Source of the DNA: a bacterium
Lineage (GTDB): Bacteria; UBA8248
Reading direction: 5' to 3'
Assembly: GCA_965213625.1 (NCBI GenBank)
Contig: CBDBZU010000004.1
Coordinates: forward strand, 1,408,001 to 1,472,000
DNA length: 64,000 nt
In this document: positions 57,670 to 64,000 of the stretch, one piece after another
Position numbering within the stretch: position 1 is the stretch's first letter
How the letters are laid out: the number at the start of each line of letters is the position of its first letter
Translations under genes and position numbers: made by a program
Notes under the pieces: model-generated
What the model was told of the DNA's origin: nothing
The model's database searches: none
The model's input: only the letters and a program-made list of their open reading frames with translations

Positions 57670-59052
57670 ATGAAAAAATTCATTCTGCTTGCCACCTGCA
57701 TCACGCTCATTATGCTTGCGCACCTGACGGCTGTGGAAGCCGGCGCTGCGAAACAGCGGACCCATCTCTCCAAAGACCCCAATGTCCAGGCCGCGCGTGG
57801 GTTGCTCAAGGAACGCCGTTATTTCGAGGCGCTCAAAATACTGCGCCCCATCGCCAAAGAGTCGAAGGGCCGCGCCGACAGGACGGACGTGTTCTTCCTC
57901 ATGGGTCTATCGGCTATCGAGGCCTCGAGACGCCTGCCCCCGGCCAGAGTGAAGGAGAGGACGGCGCTTCTCGATGAGGCCATCGCCGTGCTTCGAACCA
58001 TCCTCATCGCGCAGCCCGGCCTCGTACGCGTACGGCTCGAACTCGCGCGGGCGTTCTTCTATAAGAAAGAAGACGACCTCTCGCGCCGCCATTTCGATCG
58101 CGTCCTCGCCGGCAAGCCGCCCAAGGCGATGGTTTCGAACATCAACCGCTTCCTGCGCATCATGCGCGCGCGCAGACGCTGGAGTGCGCATTTCGGCTTC
58201 TCCATTGCGCCGGACACGAACATCGGCGCGGTGTCTGATTCCGAGATTATCTATATCTACGATCTGCCTTTCCGCCGCAACAATTTCGAGGGTGAAAGCT
58301 CGGGGCTTGGTTTCGTCTTCTGGGGCGGAGGGGAGTATCAACAGCCCCTGAGCCAGCGCCTTCGCTTGCGTCTGGGGGCGAATATCTCCCGCAGGGAATA
58401 TGAGGAGAGCCGCTTCGACCAGATGACGATCTCCCTCCACGCCGGGCCGCGCTGGTGGATGAGTCCCAATACCGAGATGAGCCTGCTTGCCAGCGCGCGC
58501 CAGCGCCGAAGCGGCGGTTACGTCCACAGCCACGAGATCGGCGCGCGCTTCGAACTCGAACACCGTCTCACGCGCCGCATCCGCCTGAGCGGGCGCGCTT
58601 CCTTGCACGAGCGCGACTATGAGCGCGACAAGCATTTAGACGGCTCACTACTGGATCTCGCGCTGGTGGGTTCCTGGGTGCTCACGCCGACGCTTCAAGT
58701 CCGGGGTGGACTCGGCTACGCGGCCGATAATCCCGAATCACGCGCCTTGCGTAACCGCAGCCGGTGGGGACGTCTGGGCGCGTCCATCGCTCTTCCCTTC
58801 GGCTTCACCGTAGGAGCGAACGCGGAGCTTCGTACGACGGACTACCAGGGAACCTTGTTTCCCTTCATCCCAGACGGTTCTCCGCGCGAGGACGAGGTCC
58901 AAATCTTCAGTGTTTCCATCTTCAACCGCGGCTTCACGACATTAGGTTTCAGCCCCCAGCTCATCGTGGTGAACGAGGAGCGCGAGTCCAACGCCCAGTT
59001 ACACGACTACAGTCGCACCCGCGCCGAGCTTCGCTTCGTGCGGCAGTTCTAG
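57670..59052 (+). CDS. Surface lipoprotein assembly modifier (Slam, DUF560) outer membrane protein
   Basis: Signal peptide, TPR with RVRLELARAFF, APDTNI, beta-barrel ending SNAQLHDYSR......RQF. Confidence 0.88.
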   Translation: MKKFILLATCITLIMLAHLTAVEAGAAKQRTHLSKDPNVQAARGLLKERRYFEALKILRPIAKESKGRADRTDVFFLMGLSAIEASRRLPPARVKERTALLDEAIAVLRTILIAQPGLVRVRLELARAFFYKKEDDLSRRHFDRVLAGKPPKAMVSNINRFLRIMRARRRWSAHFGFSIAPDTNIGAVSDSEIIYIYDLPFRRNNFEGESSGLGFVFWGGGEYQQPLSQRLRLRLGANISRREYEESRFDQMTISLHAGPRWWMSPNTEMSLLASARQRRSGGYVHSHEIGARFELEHRLTRRIRLSGRASLHERDYERDKHLDGSLLDLALVGSWVLTPTLQVRGGLGYAADNPESRALRNRSRWGRLGASIALPFGFTVGANAELRTTDYQGTLFPFIPDGSPREDEVQIFSVSIFNRGFTTLGFSPQLIVVNEERESNAQLHDYSRTRAELRFVRQF

Positions 59053-59267
59053 ATCGGCCCCGGCCGAAGAATGAGGGGCTGCGTTTTCCCTGGGAGGTCA
59101 ATCCCTCCCGCAATTGTCAGAATCGACCTGTCCCTGCAGATCAGCATCTACGGGAAAGGCGGTCAAACTAAATTTGCAGTCGCGCATGGGTGCGAACACG
59201 CAAATGGCGGATATATTGGATTGACCCTACAGTAGCGCAACCCCCTCCCGCACCGATCATGTTTGAT

Positions 59268-59750
59268 TCACGGTTTGTGGACGCCGCAGCCGAAGATGTA
59301 GCCCTTATGGAGGACGGCCCATGAGGACTTGAGCACAACTTTGCCCGTGAGGGGGTCTTTCCATCCGTAATCCACCCAAGCTCCTTTAGCCGTGGCCTTG
59401 GCCAGAGCGGCGTTGCCGATGTTGAGGCCGCCCGGGTCGATGAGTGTCGAGGCGTTCGTGCCGATGAGCGAACGGGTCTGGGCGTGGGCGACGATGCGCG
59501 CTCCCTCCGCCGCCTCGAGCACGAAAATGTAGAGGTCCAGATGTTTGAATTCCGCGCCCGGGCGGTTGGTGAAGCGATCGAAAGCCGCCTTCATACCTTC
59601 CTGGTCGAAAAGAGCGATAGCTTTCGCAACCATGGCCTGGGCTTGGGCGGGGGTGCCGCGCTTTTGCGCGTGCTTGTCGGCGAGTGCGGGTGCGGCGAGA
59701 AGCAGGAGGCAAATAATGAGCGCGATTTTTACGGTGATGTTGCTTTTCAT
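59268..59750 (-). CDS. Stand-alone exported single Cache domain protein
   Basis: Signal peptide, GTP..A..MV.KA, DLYIFV, VAH, G.WVDY.W.DP.TGK...KSS, GCG. Confidence 0.85.
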   Translation of the reverse strand: MKSNITVKIALIICLLLLAAPALADKHAQKRGTPAQAQAMVAKAIALFDQEGMKAAFDRFTNRPGAEFKHLDLYIFVLEAAEGARIVAHAQTRSLIGTNASTLIDPGGLNIGNAALAKATAKGAWVDYGWKDPLTGKVVLKSSWAVLHKGYIFGCGVHKP

Positions 59751-59865
59751 GGTATAGCGTCCTCTGTGTTGAATTCGCCTTTCGGCTGGAGTCAAGTGTG
59801 TTGAAAGTAAAAAGATTCCGGGAGTCTGTCAATTTGAGGATGATTTTTAGGCGCGAGGTTGGCCA

Positions 59866-59893
59866 GTAGAGACCATTCGCGAACGGCCCCTAC
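59866..59893. repeat. GTAG-type REP-like palindrome
   Basis: GTAGAGACCATTCGCGAACGGCCCCTAC. Confidence 0.55.
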
Positions 59894-60005
59894 ATTTGAT
59901 TCCGGTATTCCCTCCTGCATTGATCGGGTTTGATTCCGTTTGTTTCACCAATGCGGTTGCCCTATTATCCCCGAAAGATCGCCTACATAGCCAGGGAGAA
60001 AATGA

Positions 60006-60905
60006 ATGTTCAAGACGGCAGTTGGTTTCGTAGGTCTGGGTCTGATGGGAAAGCCGATGGCGCGGCGGTTTCTGGCGGCGGGGCATCCGCTGGCGGTTTC
60101 GAGCCGCAGCCGCCCCCCGGTGGATGAGATAGCAAGTGAGGGCGCGAGGGCGTGCGATTCACCCGCCGAAGTAGCGGAGCACTCGGAAGTCGTATTCACC
60201 ATGCTGCCCGACGCCCCGAACCTGAAAGACGTGGTCTATGCGGAAAACGGCCTTTTTCAAGCCATGAAGTCCGGCAGCGTCCTGGTGGATTGCACGAGCA
60301 ACGACCCGGCCTTCTCCGCCGAAGTCGCGGAAGCTCTTTCCGGCAAGGGCGTCGGCATGCTCGACGCGCCGGTATCGGGCGCGCCCGAGGGTGCGGAGCA
60401 GGGAACGCTCGCCATCATGGCGGGAGGCCCCAAAGACGTCTTCGCTAGGTGTAAGCCCCTGCTCGATGTTCTGGGCGCGAAGGTAGTCCACGTGGGGGAG
60501 CCTGCGGGTTCCGGGTGCATCGCCAAGCTCGCGAACCAGATTCTGGTGGCCGTCACGTTTCTGGGCGTGGGCGAGGCGCTCGTGTTCGGGGCGAAGGCAG
60601 GTCTCGACCCGGCTGCGCTGGTAGACGTGATGGGAGCGGGCCTCGCGCGCTGCGGTGGGCTGGAGGTGAAAGCGCCGAAAATTCTCTCGGGCGATTTTTC
60701 CCCCGGCGGGAAGATAACGAGCCACGTGAAGGACTTGCGCTATGCGCTCGAACAAGCGCGCGAACGCGAGGTGGCGCTGCCGGGCGCATCGCTCGTGGCG
60801 CAGATTTTCAACTCCCTGGTGGCGAACGGGGAGGGGGATCTCGACCACATCGCCATTATCAAGGTCCTGGAGCGCATGGCGGGCGTGGAGGCGCGCTCAC
60901 GGTAA
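60006..60905 (+). CDS. 2-hydroxy-3-oxopropionate reductase-like beta-hydroxyacid dehydrogenase
   Basis: GFVGLGLMGKPMA, LDAPVSG, GSG..AKLANQ, H.KDL. Confidence 0.88.
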   Translation: MFKTAVGFVGLGLMGKPMARRFLAAGHPLAVSSRSRPPVDEIASEGARACDSPAEVAEHSEVVFTMLPDAPNLKDVVYAENGLFQAMKSGSVLVDCTSNDPAFSAEVAEALSGKGVGMLDAPVSGAPEGAEQGTLAIMAGGPKDVFARCKPLLDVLGAKVVHVGEPAGSGCIAKLANQILVAVTFLGVGEALVFGAKAGLDPAALVDVMGAGLARCGGLEVKAPKILSGDFSPGGKITSHVKDLRYALEQAREREVALPGASLVAQIFNSLVANGEGDLDHIAIIKVLERMAGVEARSR

Positions 60906-61021
60906 TATAGCCAGTACCTGAGCGCTCATGTTACAAGGTTGCCGGATGGCCTGAATCCCTCGTGACGCTTATCGGAAACGTATCAAATACCATTTACTTG
61001 AGAAGTATTGAGGAGACGCCG

Positions 61022-61363
61022 TTGAAGCACGAACCCGTTTTGGCGAAGCTGAACGAACTGAGAAAAGACGCGCAGGGCGAGGGGGGCGTGGAGGAGAAGG
61101 CGCTCTATCACATGTTTTGCTTCATCTCCTATGAGGTGGGTCCATTCGCGGACTTCGTGGAGAAGGAGATGGCGCCGAGCGAGAAAAAAGATACCGCCGC
61201 AGGACCCAGGGCCGAAGAATATCTCGATGTCCTTAACGAGCTGAAGGAAGAGGTCGAAGACGACCCCGGGGACATGGAGTTCATCGCCCTCGACCGCGCC
61301 GTGGCGTTCATCTCTCAAACCAGCGGAGATTTTCAGGCCTATCTCAATGAGGCGGGGGAGTGA
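61022..61363 (+). CDS. Hypothetical acidic protein with an internal two-fold repeat
   Basis: TTG start after GAGGAG; two L..LNEL....E..AL.....FIS.....F..(F/Y) units. Confidence 0.7.
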   Translation: MKHEPVLAKLNELRKDAQGEGGVEEKALYHMFCFISYEVGPFADFVEKEMAPSEKKDTAAGPRAEEYLDVLNELKEEVEDDPGDMEFIALDRAVAFISQTSGDFQAYLNEAGE

Positions 61364-61469
61364 TTTCCAATCGCTGATTGGATGGGGAGTTGCTCAGGTC
61401 TCGTAAATGCCGCAACAGAGATGATGCGTGATTTATTTAAACTATCTGTAGGATAGGAGAAGTAATCAT

Positions 61470-62282
61470 ATGACCAGACCACCTAAAGCCAAAGCGATTG
61501 AACGTCTGCGTAAAGCTCTGAACGAAATCCCTGAAATTAAGCAATTACAACGTGGTTCGCCGGAGTTTAAGAAGTGGCGTAGGAACACACAGGTCGCGAT
61601 CACCAATACTTTCGGAGACAAGTCACGACATATTACAGAATTCAATAAAATTTCTTATTCCCCGTTTAGTATCGCTATGTCAGTACCTTCTGAGAGGCAA
61701 AGACAGAATGCCTATCTCAGTGGTTTGGAGTCTGCGGCCACTGTGCTCGAATCCATGATTGATGAGGTCAATGAGTATTGGGAAGATGAAAATCAGGCAC
61801 CAACGCCTTCCGTAATCCCCCAGAATGGACGGATAGACTCGAAAGAGGTCTTCATCGTTCACGGAAGGGATAACGAAGCGAAGGAAACCGTAGCGAGGTT
61901 TCTTGAACAACTGGAGCTCACTCCGGTAATTCTGCACGAGCAGCCGAGTAAAGGAAGTACGATAATTGAGAAGTTCGAGCGTCATGCGCAGCCTGCGTTC
62001 ACCGTGGTTTTGTTAACGCCTGATGATATAGGCGCGCATAAAGACGATGAGAGCAACCTAAAGCCCCGCGCGAGGCAGAATGTGATTTTCGAACTCGGAT
62101 TTTTCATCGGACGACTTGGCCGTGAGCGTGTCTGCGCCCTGACTAAGGGCAATGTGGAGATACCATCGGACTATGAAGGGGTTGTGTATATTCCTTTGGA
62201 TGATGCTGGTGGTTGGAAGGGGAACATCGTCAGAGAATTAAAGACCGCTGGATTGGATGTCGATGCGAACCGTGTTTTTTAG
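61470..62282 (+). CDS. TIR-like nucleotide-binding domain protein (CAP12/Pycsar effector-type TIR)
   Basis: VFIVHGRD, ILHEQ...G.TIIEKFE, LLTPDD, RARQNVIFELGFF, EIPSD; AT-richer than its neighbours. Confidence 0.9.
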   Translation: MTRPPKAKAIERLRKALNEIPEIKQLQRGSPEFKKWRRNTQVAITNTFGDKSRHITEFNKISYSPFSIAMSVPSERQRQNAYLSGLESAATVLESMIDEVNEYWEDENQAPTPSVIPQNGRIDSKEVFIVHGRDNEAKETVARFLEQLELTPVILHEQPSKGSTIIEKFERHAQPAFTVVLLTPDDIGAHKDDESNLKPRARQNVIFELGFFIGRLGRERVCALTKGNVEIPSDYEGVVYIPLDDAGGWKGNIVRELKTAGLDVDANRVF

Positions 62283-62320
62283 CCTTTGTCTTAGAAAACA
62301 ATCCCCCATCGGTGTAACTT

Positions 62321-62387
62321 CGGGAGAACACACAGGTTCTCCCCTACAAACCATCGCGCCGTAGGGGCGGACCTAAGTGTTCGCCCG
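62321..62387. repeat. Inverted pair of GTAG-type REP elements
   Basis: CGGGAGAACACACAGGTTCTCCCCTAC ... GTAGGGGCGGACCTAAGTGTTCGCCCG. Confidence 0.7.
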
Positions 62388-62650
62388 TTTTTAGGCACCC
62401 TTATGTAAACTCTCTCTCTAGATCGGCAATCGCTCATTCTGCAATCACGACAATCGCTTGCTCCTCTCTCTGAATTGACCCTTCCCCCACCTTGTCATCC
62501 CTGAAATCGATGGTGTATTGTCATGGCTCCTTTCGTGGTTTCGTATGGACCCATTCGTCGGGAAACCGCATGAGTCGCGAAGGCGTGGAGTCGGTATTCG
62601 CCGCGCCCGTCGCCTCGTTTTAGGGACGCACTTTTTTGAGGAGTAATCAC

Positions 62651-63829
62651 GTGGCGCTTCCGCTCGACGGCGTTCGAATCGTGTCGCTGGGGGTATCCAT
62701 CAGCGGGCCGGTGGGGCTGCGCCATCTGGCCGATTTCGGGGCGGAAGTCCTGAAGGTGGAAGTCCCGGAAACGGGCGACATGGTCCGGCTCTGGGACGAC
62801 ACGGTCTTCGGCGAGGGGGCGGTGCACTTCTGGGTGAACCCCAACAAGAAGAGCGTGACGCTCAACCTGAAAGACGAACGCGGCAAGAAAATTTTACGGG
62901 AGATGCTTGAGGGCGCGGACGTTTTTCTCGAAAACTTCAGCCCCGGCGCAATCGACAGGCTCGGCTTCGGGTATGAGGAAGTGAAGAAGATTAAGCCCGA
63001 CATCATCTACATCCACACCTCGGGCTACGGGCAGGACGGCCCCTACCGCGACATGAAGGCGTTCGACGGCCTCATTCAGGCGGAAGCCGGCATCATGGAG
63101 ATGACGGGCCCGCCAGAATCCCCCGCGAAAATGGCCCATTCCATCTGCGACGGCGTGACGGGGCTTTTCGTCGCCCTGGGCGCGATGATGGCGCTCAGGC
63201 AGCGCGACAAGACGGGCGAGGGTCAGGAGCTGGACGTCTCGATGTTCGACTGCATGGTGAGCATGCAGGGCTATTTCCATTTTCACTACTACCTGCATGG
63301 CGCCAAGCCGAGCCGCGTGGGGGTGGGGCATCACTTCTTGGCGCCATACGGAGCCTATCCCGCCAAGGGGGGAAAGCTCATCGGCGTCGCGTGCGGAAAC
63401 GAGAATACCTGGCGTCTGTTCGCCGGAGTCCTCGGGCACCCCGAATGGGTGGACGACCCTCGTTTCGCCACCAACGCCGACAGGCACGAGAACAAAGAGG
63501 CGCTGCTCGAACAGGTCCTGCCGATCCTCGCCACGAAAGAACGCGAAGAGTGGCGGCGGATTTTTCTGGAGGCAGGCGTCCCCTGCGGGGCGGTGAACGA
63601 TCTGGGAGAGGTGTGCGATCATCCCCAGACGGCGCACCGGGAGATTTTCCCCGAGGTGGAAGGCGAGTACGGAAGCCTCAAGATGTGCCGCTTTCCGGTG
63701 AAATTCAGCGAGATGACGCCCAGACTCGAACACCCGCCGGGCCTGAGCGCCCATACCGAAGAGGTGCTCGAAACGCTCGGCTACTCCCCGGACGACGTGG
63801 CGGACTTGCGTCGCGACGGCGTGATTTGA
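62651..63829 (+). CDS. Class III CoA-transferase (CaiB/BaiF)
   Basis: LADFGAEVLKVE....GD..R, NKKS..LNLK, ENFSPG, SGYGQDGPY....FD, P.L..HT.EVL. Confidence 0.93.
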   Translation: MALPLDGVRIVSLGVSISGPVGLRHLADFGAEVLKVEVPETGDMVRLWDDTVFGEGAVHFWVNPNKKSVTLNLKDERGKKILREMLEGADVFLENFSPGAIDRLGFGYEEVKKIKPDIIYIHTSGYGQDGPYRDMKAFDGLIQAEAGIMEMTGPPESPAKMAHSICDGVTGLFVALGAMMALRQRDKTGEGQELDVSMFDCMVSMQGYFHFHYYLHGAKPSRVGVGHHFLAPYGAYPAKGGKLIGVACGNENTWRLFAGVLGHPEWVDDPRFATNADRHENKEALLEQVLPILATKEREEWRRIFLEAGVPCGAVNDLGEVCDHPQTAHREIFPEVEGEYGSLKMCRFPVKFSEMTPRLEHPPGLSAHTEEVLETLGYSPDDVADLRRDGVI

Positions 63830-63875
63830 TACTTGGCGGAAATTTCGGCCATTTAAATTCAGGAGGGAACATCCC

Positions 63876-64000
63876 TTGCATTTCCAGTTTACCGAACTAC
63901 AGACGAGCGTCCAGCGGATGATGAAGGAATTCGTGGACCGCGAGATCATGCCCATCGCCATGGAATACGAACTCGCCGACAAATACCCCACGCCCATCGT
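63876..64000 (+). CDS. Acyl-CoA dehydrogenase, N-terminal fragment (runs off window)
   Basis: TTG after AGGAGG; MHFQFTELQTSVQRMMKEFVDREIMPIAMEYE....YP matches ACAD N-termini. Confidence 0.7.
   Translation, partial: MHFQFTELQTSVQRMMKEFVDREIMPIAMEYELADKYPTPI

Noticed and set aside
1-64000. Selenoprotein genes read through UGA, prompted by selC
   Set aside because: The TGA-ending ORFs I checked (CMD, DUF169, Cache, pentapeptide, 61022) end at normal family length, and I saw no split ORF with an in-frame TGA at a Cys position; not exhaustively tested

Overview
A GC-rich chromosomal window from a diderm bacterium. Secreted ankyrins, an RTX protein, a Slam/surface-lipoprotein pair and many catabolic paralogs suggest a host-associated lifestyle such as a sponge symbiont, but this is inference only. 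Left part: sensor kinase, STAS protein, sugar epimerases, malQ, and a ~16 kb divergent GntR-controlled catabolic/ABC-uptake cluster with a perfect operator palindrome and an embedded tRNA-Sec (selC). Middle: RTX protein, DUF523/DUF1722, tandem 3-hydroxyacyl-CoA dehydrogenase, ThDP enzyme, homoserine dehydrogenase, then a long + strand run with AddAB-type helicase/nuclease, an enolase-superfamily enzyme, a degenerate cytochrome bd-like/cytochrome c membrane pair, an amidohydrolase, a frameshifted MFS transporter, MEMO1 and ornithine cyclodeaminase. Right part: rpmG-rpmB, two ankyrin genes, DUF169, a type XI secretion (Slam + TbpB-barrel lipoprotein) locus, a lone Cache protein, a solitary AT-richer TIR gene, a CoA-transferase and a partial acyl-CoA dehydrogenase. 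The least explained signal is non-coding. Within 51.5-55.8 kb three genes each have an adjacent spare copy of one gene end: an ankyrin 3' end inside a ~210 bp MITE-like unit whose ends recur at 26.0 kb, a DUF169 3' end interrupted by two related CU-loop hairpins, and a lipoprotein 5' end. No CRISPR array, integrase, transposase or reverse transcriptase was found. All family assignments are from motif recognition by eye, not database searches.
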